Under the pieces are notes generated by a model, which was given only the letters and a program-made list of their open reading frames with translations, made no database searches and was not told the DNA's origin. This document shows, one piece after another, positions 39,501-50,049 of a DNA stretch of 64,000 nt. The DNA lies in contig JAUCBJ010003840.1 of assembly GCA_032718475.1 (NCBI GenBank), positions 2,184-66,183 of the forward strand, written 5' to 3'. Each line of letters begins with the position of its first letter. Positions within the stretch are counted from its first letter, which is position 1. Origin of the DNA: Nemertoderma westbladi. Its lineage: Eukaryota; Animalia; Xenacoelomorpha. A program made the translations under genes and the position numbers.

Positions 39501-42500
39501 CCCACACGCTTAAACTTACACGTCCATGTGAGCCCCACGCTTATATTTACACGTCCGTGTGAGCCCCACGCTTATACTTACACGTCCCGTCCGTGTGAGC
39601 CCCCACGCCTTTTCACGTCCATGTGAGTCCACACGCTTAAACTTACACGTCCATGTGAGCCCCACGCTTATATTTACACGTCCGTGTGAGCCCCACGCTT
39701 ATACCTACACGTCCCGTCCGTGTGAGCCCCCACGCCTTTTCACGTCCATGTGAGCCCACACGCTTAAACTTACACGTCCATGTGAGCCCCACGCTTACAC
39801 TTACACGTCCGTGTAAGCCCCCACGCCTTTTCACGTCCATGTGAGCCCACACGCTTAAACTTACACGTCCATGTGAGCCCCACGCTTATACTTACACGTC
39901 CGTGTGAGCCCCCACGCTTTTTCACGTCCATGTGAGCCCACACGCTTAGAGCCCACACGCTTAAACTTACACGTCCATGTGAGCCCCACGCTTATACTTA
40001 CACGTACGTGCGAGCCCCCACGCTTTTTCACGTCCATGTGAGCCCACACGCTTAAACTTACACGTCCCTGTGAGCCCCACGCTTATACTTACACGTCCGT
40101 GTGAGCCCCCACGCTTTTTCACGTCCATGTGAGCCCACACGCTTAAACTTACACGTCCATGTGAGCCCACACGCTTAAACTTACACGTCAATGTGAGCCC
40201 CCACGCTTTTTTTCACGTCCATGTGAGCCCACACGTTTAAACTTACACGCCCATGTGAGCCCAACCGCTTTTTCACGTCCATGTGAGACCACACGTTTAA
40301 ACTTACACGTCCGTGTGAGCCCCCACGCTTTTTCACGTCCATGTGAACCCCCACGCTTAAACTTACACGTCCATGTGAGCCCCCACGCCTTTTCACGTCC
40401 ATGTGAGCCCCCACTTAAACTTACACGTCCGTGTGAGCCCCCACGCTTTTTCACGTCCATGTGAGACCACACGTTTAAACTTACACGTCCGTGTGAGCCC
40501 AACCGCTTTTTCACGTCCATGTGAGACCACACGTTTAAACTTACACGTCCGTGTGAGCCCCCACGCTTTTTCACGTCCATGTGAGCCCAGCTGCTTTTTC
40601 ACGTCCATGTGAGCCCCCACTTAAACTTACACGTCCGTGTGAGCCCCCACGCTTTTTCACGTCCATGTGAGACCACACGTTTAAACTTACACGCCCATGT
40701 GAGCCCAACCGCTTTTTCACGTCCATGTGAGACCACACGTTTAAACTTACACGTCCGTGTGAGCCCCCACGCTTTTTCACGTCCATGTGAACCCCCACGC
40801 TTAAACTTACACGTCCGTGTGAGCCCCCACGCTTTTTCACGTCCATGTGAGCCCCCACGCTTAAACTTACACGTCCGTGTGAGCCCCACGCTTTTTCACG
40901 TCCATGTGAGCCCCCACGCTTAAACTTACACGTCCGTGTGAGCCCAACCGCTTTTTCACGTCCATGTGAGCCCCCACGCTTAAACTTACACGTCCGTGTG
41001 AGCCCCCACGCTTTTTCACGTCCATGTGAGCCCCCACGCTTAAACTTACACGTCCGTGTGAGCCCAACCGCTTTTTCACGTCCATGTGAGCCCCCACGCT
41101 TAAACTTACACGTCCGTGTGAGCCCCCACGCTTTTTCACGTCCATGTGAACCCCAACGCTTAAACTTACACGTCCGTGTGAGCCCCCACGCTTTTTTATT
41201 ATTGATAGTAACAATGTGTTGGCAAGCTGTATTTTTCGAGGTGTTTCTTATTATACAATTATTATAGAAAGGGATCTAGGGGTCTTAACCTCGAATGATA
41301 AGTTTATTTTACCGAAAATAACTTATCATTTATTGGCGCAATTGTAGGACTAATCCCATCACATGCGTACTTTTAAACCGGGTAGTGTACAAATTTAGGA
41401 ATCGCGTATTTTTTCTTGAAATTAATATCTCATATCTCTCCAAACCACGTACGCGTTTCGACCTTACTGGGTCTCATCAGCGTGGTGTCGGATTCGAACC
41501 TGGGACCTCGAGGTGGAAGCGGAGACTACAACCACTAGGCCACAGGTTCTTGAGATATGGAGTATTAATTTCAAAGCCAGCTGCCATTTTTTCACGTCCA
41601 TGTGAGCCCCCACGCTTAAACTTACACGTCCATGTGAGCCCAGCTGCTTTTTCACGTCCATGTGAGACCACACGTTTAAACTTACACGTCCGTGTGAGCC
41701 CCCACGCTTTTTCACGTCCATGTGAGCCCCCACGCTTAAACTTACACGTCCATGTGAGCCCCCACGCTTTTTCACGTCCATGTGAGCCCCCACGCTTAAA
41801 CTTACACGTCCATGTGAGCCCAGCTGCTTTTTCACGTCCATGTGAGACCACACGTTTAAACTTACACGTCCGTGTGAGCCCCCACGCTTTTTCACGTCCA
41901 TGTGAGCCCCCATGCTTAAACTTACACGTCCATGTGAGCCCAGCTGCTTTTTCACTTCCATGTGAGCCCCCACGCTTTTTCACGTCCATGTGAGCCCCCA
42001 CGCTTAAACTTACACGTCCATGTGAGCCCAGCTGCTTTTTCACGTCCATGTGAGACCACGCGTTTAAACTTACACGTCCGTGTGACCCCCACGCTTTTTC
42101 ACGTCCATGTGAGCCCCCACGCTTAAACTTACACGTCCATGTGAGCCCCCACGCTTTTTCACGTCCATGTGAGCCCCCATGCTTAAACTTACACGTCCAT
42201 GTGAGCCCAGCTGCTTTTTCACGTCCATGTGAGACCACACGTTGAAACTTACACGTCCGTGTGAGCCCCACGCTTTTTCACGTCCATGTGAGCCCCCACG
42301 CTTAAACTTACACGTCCATGTGAGCCCCCACGCTTTTTCACGTCCATGTGAGCCCAACCGCTTTTTCACTTCCATGTGAGCCCCCACGCTTTTTCACGTC
42401 CATGTGAGCCCACACGCTTATACTTACACGTCTGTATGAGCTCGACTTTCCATAATACGATAAAAACAGGAAGGTAATTCTTCACATTTTCAAAACAATG

Positions 42501-44709
42501 AGAAATTTGCGCGACTAATCTACAGGCAAAACCAATTCTATGAAAGTTCTATCAATGTGCTTGCCGGTACAGGTAGTGCTATTACAGAATTCCCTTTCCA
42601 ACCTACAAGTCGTGCTGACATACCTGGTATTACTCGCTCCCATAATTCCTTTTGTTCCGCCAGACTAGAACAGGCAGCAACGAACCAACAGTTACCTAGG
42701 TGACCCTGCGTGACGTCACCCGATGACACACCGCTCACTACCATCTGTGGATTCTTGGTAATTTCCTATAGAAAAAACGAAATAAGGAAAGAATAGTGAG
42801 TGAAATTGTAACATTAGGATCGAAAATTATTATTATCGCCTTTTATGCGAAGCATTAAATGTTATTGTTAGAGCTCTAGCAGCATACACATACATCGGCC
42901 ATAACAATCAGTCATGTAATTCCCCAAATTCGCCTGTAATTATCACGACATGTATGTTTCAGCAAACGTTCTAGGAATGCCAATGGTTGACCACCACGTT
43001 ACCTTGGATACCATAGAACAAGATTACAGACAGACTGATCAGTTATACGATGGTAGTGGCCAGCAAATCCCCATCGATCAACTTATCTATCTCGATAAAT
43101 AGATAAGTTGATTAATTGATTAACAGCCTTTGTTTCCCGGGCTAATTTAAACCTTCGTTTTCGGCAGTTACTCCCCGTTTTAACAAATAAAACATCCTGC
43201 CACTCGATACCCACTATACTGTAACGCTTTGTTTGTTACCGGCTTTCTGTTTGCACACCAAGCGAAACATTGCATCATTGTAGTATATTGAAAGGGGGGG
43301 GGGGGGGGGGGGGGGGCTGGACGTAAATCCCATCTCGGCTAATTAATAATTCGTCTTAATGTTGAATTACCTTAGGGAAAGGAGCAGGTTACAGTGGCAC
43401 GTTATTTTAACCAAAACAATAAACTAAACACAATAGAACAGCTTACAGTTGTATCTTTGAGAGTAATCAGCTGTTATTTGCGTCGACGTTCCCCTGGAGA
43501 GGGATGAATTTCTATTGCGTTGAATATAATTGCAACGCGTGCAATTTGGCGATGTTCCTCCAAATATGTATGGCTAATCATCATTATAGGTGATATTGAT
43601 AGCATATATAGTATATTTTTCATTGTAACATTTCATTAGATGAAAGAAAGTTTTAAATTGTATTACTGTAGCAGCAAGAAGGTAACTTTAGCTAGCTGCA
43701 TCAGGTAGTCGCGTTACTTGCTATAATTTCATTTAAATTACCGTGGAATGTGAGTTTTATGTAAAGGAGTTAACTTCTTAAGTTATCATATTTGACCAAT
43801 AGCAGCAGGTGGTGTTCCTACTGTCCTACCTTGTTCTGTAAACACCAATCATAAATCATTTATAACATTTCCTGAAACACGTAAGCGAAATACAGGAAGT
43901 GAAAAGGACTGCATGACAATATTATATAAACGGTAAATAAAAATTCAAAACAAATGTATTAGATTCGCCGATATCATATTTCGAGAATAACTAAAAGCGT
44001 TACCGAAAAACATTACAAACTTACACTCAGAACCCCCAGAGGTGTGGCTATCTAGTTACCGGCACTACTACACTACCGGCACCTCATACACCGGAATAAC
44101 CAACCTATCGTATGAAACACCTACCGGCGGTCTCAGCCATACCACTGAACCGATCTTATACGACGCCAGAGAAGAATCACTGGCGGAGAATTCTGGGTCC
44201 ACCCATAATTCCCCGCTGTTACGACAACGCTTACTGATCGCGGCGTAATTCTGGTCTTTAAACTTAACAACACCACTGAAGAGCGACGCCAACCCTAAAG
44301 AAATAAACATTAGATGTACTTAATATAACAAACAACTACAGAACTACATATACTAATGATATAGGCTTATTCCTTTAGAGTACATAATATATTTAATAAT
44401 GGTACCAGCACCAGAAGTAATCCGCTTTTCTAATAGTCTAAAAAGCTAACAATTAAGAAAAAACTTACCCTTATCTTTTCTGCCGTATTTAACCTTCGGC
44501 ATATTTCGCGAACCACACTGGATGGCCGATGAACCGAATCGAATAAACCGCCGCCACGAGATTGATCGAAATTTACGTCGATGTCTAAATAACCACCAGA
44601 ATATCGGTAATAACGTTCCGGCCAAAAGGACAGCTCCACAATATCTGATCAGCCCAGATTTAATGACCAAAATGACACAAATCCAAGTGAAGTAAAATAA
44701 AGAACTCAT
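18525..44709 (-). CDS. CAPN5: Calpain-5/TRA-3-like cysteine protease (CysPc, domain III, C2), multi-exon
   Basis: Inferred exons, all GT-AG with consistent phases: 44709(or 44502)-44469, 44294-44125, 42765-42624 (QGHLGNCWF, catalytic Cys), 33543-33354, 32188-31996, 31653-31554 (GHAY, His), 30440-30287 (RNPWG, Asn), 27596-27401, [27257-27156 or 24614-24474], 23206-23010, 22795-22668, 20688-20552, 18710-18525. C-terminal C2 domain (GADPY...VWNSN) rather than penta-EF-hand. Confidence 0.93.
20755..22674 (-). repeat. 19-bp intronic minisatellite (~100 copies) derived from the exon/donor junction
   Basis: - strand unit GCTGGAG|GTAGGTTGGTGA versus the real junction GCTGGAG|GTATGTTGGTGA at 22668. 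Confidence 0.95.
23278..23350. repeat. 18-bp tandem repeat, ~4 copies
   Basis: TTAGAAC(A/G)ACTTGAGACT repeated. Confidence 0.85.
24474..24614 (-). CDS. CAPN5: Calpain domain III alternative exon B (141 nt, phase 0-0)
   Basis: ttcag|[47 protein letters not shown]|gtcatt; homologous to exon A. Confidence 0.8.
24720..25470. repeat. 58-bp intronic minisatellite, ~13 copies
   Basis: Unit AACACATGCGAACACATACACACACAATAGTGGCAGCAATAAGTGCAACAATCTCTGT, with a recurring variant unit. Confidence 0.95.
27156..27257 (-). CDS. CAPN5: Calpain domain III alternative exon A (102 nt, phase 0-0)
   Basis: cag|[34 protein letters not shown]|gtagat. Confidence 0.85.
27326..27386. repeat. (CCGT)n microsatellite
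   Basis: Pure tetranucleotide run in the short intron before exon A. Confidence 0.95.
27902..29848. repeat. 14-bp C-rich/G-rich intronic minisatellite, ~139 copies
   Basis: Unit GCATACCCCACCCA. Confidence 0.97.
33125..33392 (-). repeat. 66-67 bp tandem repeat: exon 3' end plus donor, 4 copies including the real junction
   Basis: Unit contains GAATACTGGAG..CTTACGCAAA|GTAAGG ([13 protein letters not shown]) plus ~27 nt of intron. Confidence 0.95.
33724..33936. mobile_element. MITE with terminal inverted repeats; dispersed family
   Basis: Ends GGGGAAACTGGACGCAA / TTGCGTCCAGTTCCCC. Related copies at ~43295-43522 and inverted at ~63040-63230; pieces near 47300 and 57265. Confidence 0.7.
34051..34903. 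mobile_element. Foldback/palindromic non-autonomous element, ~850 bp
   Basis: TACACCATAACCCTTAATACAACAACCATTTTT at the left end is the reverse complement of the right end; arms stay alignable inward for ~350 bp. A partial extra arm lies at ~34905-35135. Confidence 0.75.
35295..35715 (-). mobile_element. Penelope-like 3' fragment (C-terminal half of GIY-YIG plus 3' flank)
   Basis: Manual translation HLFERCRQH...VHNHIMTH...FKFIARH...[16 protein letters not shown]. Confidence 0.55.
36152..37951 (+). CDS. SAC1: SAC1 phosphatidylinositol-4-phosphate phosphatase, intronless, 599 aa
   Basis: [47 protein letters not shown], catalytic CX5[26 protein letters not shown] and two C-terminal hydrophobic helices. 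Confidence 0.96.
   Translation: MTTPVYDTLRLYITGTHFYVHPEDPLVKEILLIDRVSGNISLVKEETSRFIPGHAIQRLIYGIMGVVRLLAGPYLVVITERVKVGEIDGHNIWKVGATEIFSYLRIIRHLDDQQLQDNDSYYSMIDMILQENSFYFSSSYDLTHTMQRYHNASSEFELMGLLERADQRFVWNSGLLRDLASHGGLHRYLLPVMCGFVSIRSCSVGGRRFVWALVSRLAWLRAGARYYMRGLDQDGNAANYVETEQIVEYSRNCCSFVQTRGSIPLYWSQCPNLWYKPVPLLADPEDQTAGFGRHFDEQFYRYGKQTIVNLVDNKGKEKILNGAFERTVERSRNKYPGLSYEYFDFHKECSQLRWGRLSILIDRLEPQRLSHGYFHVTRDGTHVRKQTGVFRTNCIDCLDRTNVVQSLVAKRSLAQQLVALGVISEFGVVDELEEMDRVYKSVWADNADTCARHYTGTGALKTDYTRTGKRTVLGALKDGWNSSIRYYKNNFTDGYKQDAIDLFLGNYVVTGTEGVGNVPSPLRSAPTRLQVILPLLLIVSLAVLIVIFLLPSSDLRLQYGHVLFWTLIIVSSVYLILRNGYEFVDRPRLVIRPELNVVV
38936..41195. repeat. Compound minisatellite of ~27-32 bp variant units, block 1
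   Basis: Core CACGTCC(A/G)TGTGAGCCC alternating with TTTTT or TTAAACTTA linkers. Confidence 0.95.
41416..41574 (-). mobile_element. SINE/retrozyme-like element: tRNA-like Pol III promoter plus hammerhead, flanked by 23-bp inverted repeats
   Basis: A box TGGCCTAGTGG (41542-41532), B box GGTTCGAATCC (41500-41490), hammerhead, and IRs at 41416-41438 / 41552-41574. Confidence 0.65.
41444..41486 (-). ncRNA. Minimal type I hammerhead ribozyme
   Basis: - strand ACCACG-CUGAUGA-GACC(CAGUAA)GGUC-GAAA-CGCG-UA^CGUGGU: intact core, 6-bp stem I, 4-bp stem II and palindromic ACGCGU in place of stem III. Confidence 0.85.
41587..42442. repeat. Compound minisatellite, block 2 (same family as 38936-41195)
   Basis: Same core unit. 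Confidence 0.95.
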
Positions 44710-46705
44710 TCATCAACTACTTCGGAAGTAGTTGATCTGGTAATATATGGAGAAGAACCCATCACTAAATATTCAATGTTTTATTTAGGCCTACAAGAGA
44801 ATTCCACACACATAAAGACATAGGCCTACTGACTCACTGATATAGTAGCACATACTACTGTACTACACCTACTAAAACTACATAATTATTACAAGTACTT
44901 ACTTTACTAGCCAGGTAGAGATATGATATATATACCATACCTGCAACAACTAACAACCACTAATTACCTCAATGCAATCAGCCAAACACCTATACTCACT
45001 GCATAAGTTCATACCTCCATATGGGTAATGGACTAGGGCCTACATAAATGTATTAGCCAATCAAAAGCAACCATCGGTTAATGAAATCAATAATGTAATG
45101 AATGAAATATTACTGTCCGTACAGCAGTAGGCCTTATACTGTTATACAGATATAGAAATAAGTAAATAAGAACAGAAGAAGGCTGATATAAGTACTGAAG
45201 TAGACCTAACGGTACCCTGCTGTGTCCGTGTCCATTGTTCGGGAAGGTCTACAAGTAAAGTAAACTATGTCAGATTTGTAGAAAGCAGAGCGAGTTCCTG
45301 AGCATCAGAGGAGCAGAGCTCAGAGCGTCGGAACGTGAAGCAACAACAGATAAACAACCTGATAGGAATGTTTTCAAAATTGGCTTCCCGCGCTTACTTA
45401 AACACGCCATTTAGACCGTTTCCGCGTGTTTTTACAAAAAAACACCCCGCCACTCGATTCCCACACCTTGTTACGGTAACCCTTATTTGATTGTTTCTAG
45501 CCCAACAATTTTTTCGCGCACTAACCATATTGTAATGTAATTAACAAAATAATAACTGCACAAGCTGACAAGTAAATTAAAAATTATTTTAACTCATTTA
45601 CTATGATTACATAAAATATAACACAAAGAAAGTAAAACAAACAGGCAATGATTGAACAATTACGTCGTATATGGATGGATGGGTGGAGAAGATAACAGAG
45701 GCGATAGTGCCACCTCAGCACTTACGAGTGTATCTCCTGATCTATATTAGATCAATATAATGTATAAATAAAATAGGCCCAAGTATCTCATAAAAAATAA
45801 AATATACCGGTACTAAAACCAAATGGATTAAATACATGAGAGGCTAAGCCCTCTAATCTAATTTAGTAAAATATTGAATAACTTTTGGGATTAAGTGTTA
45901 ACAGAAATAGTTACTGCAGTAGTGATTTAAACACTGTCAGTCTGTAGTACAGTAGTAGCAGTGTTGTCAACCAGTTCAGCCAGGCAATTTACAGCTGTTA
46001 CACGTATCCCAGCAACATCACTAACAATAACATAGTAATTTGACAGAACCATTCGGAGTTTTCCAACGAGAAAATGCTTATCGGACCCGCACCAAAAAGA
46101 CAAAAAACTATATGATAGGATTTCAATTATAAAATTTGAGTAATGAAACTTAGTTACTAATGCCTTTACATGGTTGTTACCTACAAAGTTGCTAAGCGGT
46201 ACACGTATAATATTAACTGTAGTCCCGCATGAATATAGTAGTCACTTATTCCTCTGGTGTAATGCAGTATGTATATGAAGTAGTCCGGATGAGAATGCTT
46301 TATACGACAGGTGAAAAATAATTTGCGTTCATAAGACAGTGGAATTTAGGCCGTTCCAGGTACATCCTGAGAATAATAAATAGAGATATTTCAACCCTCA
46401 TTTTATTAGGATCTTAATTTCTCAGAAAAGTTTGTTGGCCTTCAGATGACTACGGAAACTATGCAGTATTATATTGTTACATACTAATCTTTATTATCAC
46501 CTTTATTGACTGTCTGAACTATAAATTTTATTAGCATATATAATTTTGTCACATCATCTCAACTTCTACGAGATCTTAAAGGCTTAATTATACTTGCTGT
46601 AGTAAGAAACACAGTATAAAAGGTTCTCTTATTTCATTAATTTATGAATGCCAAGTCCCCATCCCCACACACACATCACACTAATTGTTTAATCAATGTT
46701 TTTAG

Positions 46706-47898
46706 GGGAACTACGACACTCCCCCCCCCCCCCCCCCCCCCCCCGGACAATCTCCCCCCCCCCCCCCCCCCCGGACACTACCCCCCGGATACTTCCTCCC
46801 CAGGTAAAGTGTTAAAATTAATCTGGCATCAAAGCAATAAACAAAACTTAAAGATGGTTACAGGACAAGTTGTATCTACATGTAGTCATGTTTTTTCAAA
46901 ATTTATAAAAGAAACAATTTTATATAGTCAAAGTTTGTTTGTTTTTCTTTTTATTGGGGGCTGCCGCCCCCAAACCCCCGCTTCTATTGTTGGGGGCAGT
47001 AGACCCCAAACACCCGCTTCTTTTGTTGGGGGCTACCGCCCCCAAACCCCGGTATTTCCCTGTGTTCCCGTGGTGAAAGACTTAAATCATCAGATAATAA
47101 ATTGACTAAGTCTAAAGTAGGAACTGTATTGAATGTTAACCAAATTAATATAGAAATTACTACAATATTATATAATTCAACAAAAAATCAAAATTTCATA
47201 ATTCAACAAAATCATATTAAAAATATTGCAAGTAACCAGGAAATTTAATTAGTTTATCAATATGTAAGGCTGAACACAGAATACAGGTAGACAGACGCAT
47301 GTCGATTTTCCCCTGGAGAGGTATAATTTTGAGTGCAACAATAATATTCATCCCCATATGCTACAATTTGAAGAAAACAATTAGATAATAATACTTATTA
47401 AAAACAATTAATTTTTTTAATTCTATAGTAAAAAAAAACAATATATCATTTGGGGATGGAATTTATAGGTCATCTAATTAATTGTTTAAAGATTAGCAAA
47501 CAACACAATGTAATTGCATTGATAAAATCCATAAATAAAACTTGGATACAAAATTTAAAATCGGGATGCAAAAGATTACTTTCTGAGCTAAGAAAGGAAA
47601 ATTGGATACAACTTGTCTGGATACAAGCGGTCCGTTTACCTGACAAAATGAAAAATAAGAATGTGCGAAGTTAAGAACAGTCGGGGGGGGGGGGAGTGTC
47701 CGGGGGGAGTGTCTGGGGGGGTAGTGTCCGGGGGGAAGTGTCCTACTTGAACGGGGGGGAACTGTCCGGGGGGGAAGTGTCCGGGGGGGAGTGTCTGGGG
47801 CGGTAGTGTCCGGGGGAAGTGTCCCTACTTGAACGGGGGGGGGGGGGGGTGACTGTCCGGGGGGGGGGGGGGGGGGGTGGGGGGAGTGTCCGCACACC
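46706..47898. mobile_element. Non-autonomous DNA transposon (possibly Mutator-like) with C-rich/G-rich subterminal inverted repeats
   Basis: GGACAC..CCCCC motifs at the left end and GGGGG..GTGTCC motifs at the right end; near-identical flanks GTTTTTAG / GTTGTTAG may be a TSD. Confidence 0.55.
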
Positions 47899-48119
47899 GT
47901 TGTTAGACCTTCGATCCATTACAATAAACTACAGAAGAAATATTGTTAACAGTTTGACCTTCGGTCATAGTGTAATAATCTCACGCGTAATTTGAGAAAA
48001 TCCACAAACGAACTTACTTCTCTGTTTGCCTATAGCCCTTTTAAGCTGCTCTCTACTTATACGATAGTAATTCCTGAACTTATATCGTGTTCAATTATTA
48101 ACATTTACAATTAACATTA

Positions 48120-49710
48120 ACATTTACAAGGGGAAAGGGAGCCTGATGGACCCAAATAACTATAGAGGTATCGCTCTTATCTGTGTTTTCCTAAAATTAT
48201 TAACCTCCATACTAAACAAACGGGTTCAACGGAACATATCCCACCTGTTCCCAGATGAGCAATATGGATTTATACCAGGGAGATCAAATATGCAAGCAAT
48301 AAGGAAACTCGTCTCAGATATTAACAAAGCCCTTCACTCAAAAGAAGACCGTGTAATGTATGTAGCCTTTGTTGATTTTAAAAAGGCATTCGACCTAGTG
48401 AACCGAGCCTTGCTCCTTGGCAAGATATATAACGATTTCGAAATAAAGGGGAAATTATTCGGCTTCATTAAGGCATTATTAACAAATACAATAAAAATAT
48501 CCGACGGTTTCAGCCTATCAAAACCGATCACACAGTTGCGAGGAATTCTGCAAGGAGACTCATTCTCCCCAACTTGCTTCATAATTTTTATTACCAGCCT
48601 CGCAACTGCACTCCGTGCAATATCGAGAGCGATACGATTCATATTCTTTGCGGACGATCTAGCCTTTTATTCTTCGAATCCACAAGTTATCCAACGCGGT
48701 CTTGATGTCCTAGAAGAATGGTGTATAAATAATTCAATGGAAGTGAACCTCTCTAAAACAAAAATAATGAAGTTCCGTAAAGGTGGCCGGCTGTGTATTA
48801 ACGATAAATTCTACTACGGGGGAAAAGAAGTTCTCATCTGCAATGAATACGAATATCTTGGCATAACCTTGCAACCGACCCTCACTTTTACCAAACATGT
48901 TAACAAAAGAAAGCGGAAATCTTATGCAGCGATTGGTTGTCTTCGAAATTTAAACAGACTGTCAATATGTACCGCAATGAAGATCTTCGCAATGAAAATA
49001 CAGCCAATGGTATCATATGGTCTTGTAGAGATCGGTTGCTTCTTTACAGTTGCACACATGAAAGAACTGGATAAAATCAAATCAAAGTTTATTAAAAGGG
49101 TGCTCTCCCTACCATCCAACGCATCGACAACCATGGCCATTAAAGCTATAGGAGAAAAAACATTCATTGAAGATCTCCTTATCGTAAACCCCACGCTATT
49201 CAACCCTACAGCATTAGACCAATATCGCTCTTACCGAACCGAACGCACAGAAAACTTCAACCGGCAGGGTTACACAAGGGGCCCAGCCTTCACAACTTCG
49301 AGTTGGAAATCCTCACAGCAGAGAAACCGGCACACTGTCACCAGGGCAACCGCCCATGGGTTTCACTACCTCATCTGCTTGACCTGCACCCCTTTCCACG
49401 AGCTGTCATCGCAATGTATTTGTAAATATTGTAAGAACTCAGCCGTGGACAGATACCACGCTCTCAACTGCGATTGCTGCCCCTCTCTGACAGAACTGGC
49501 CAGCCACCCATATCACTAAAAGAAAATTGGTTCTCCACAGCCATGAGACTTTGATATTCGTACTGAATCGTATTTCACTCCAACTAATTGTAAAATTTTT
49601 TAATTAATTTTAAACTTATTGCTCCACCTGTATATTGCTATTTTTAACAATTTTAAAAGAATAAACCTTTTACCCCGTTTAGGGGTGCACCTTGTTTTAA
49701 AAAAAATTAT
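48120..49710 (+). mobile_element. 5'-truncated LINE with uninterrupted RT ORF (48146-49519, 457 aa)
   Basis: PNNYRGIAL, EQYGF, FVDFKKAFD, RGILQGDSFSP, FADD, YEYLG and a Cys/His-rich tail; 3' AATAAA and A-rich end; ATTATTAACATT occurs on both flanks. Confidence 0.92.
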
Positions 49711-49913
49711 TAACATTAACACGCTACATTATCGTATACATACGTACGTACATACATACATACATTATCATACACACGTATTATCATACGTACATACATA
49801 CATACGTACATTATCACGCTAATGAAGCGTGATTTACCTCGAATTCCTGAGTACATTAATATACCCCGCAATAGAAAAATGTTTTGTTTTTTTCTTCCGT
49901 GTTGTTGAAATTA

Positions 49914-49985
49914 CTTATTACCGTAATCGCTACTTACCGTAATCGCTACTTACCGTAATCGCTACTTACCGTAATCGCTACTTAC
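49914..49985 (-). repeat. 16-bp tandem repeat, ~4 copies, containing GTAAGT
   Basis: - strand GTAAGTAGCGATTACG repeated. Confidence 0.85.
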
Positions 49986-50049
49986 ATTCCACATAATCTT
50001 GCGATATTGAGCCACGCCAACACGGAATCCACCGACAAAATAAACCGGC

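Noticed and set aside
44295-44310. ATG 44310 as the calpain start codon
   Set aside because: Lies in the polypyrimidine tract of a good acceptor with an in-phase upstream exon; less likely though not excluded.
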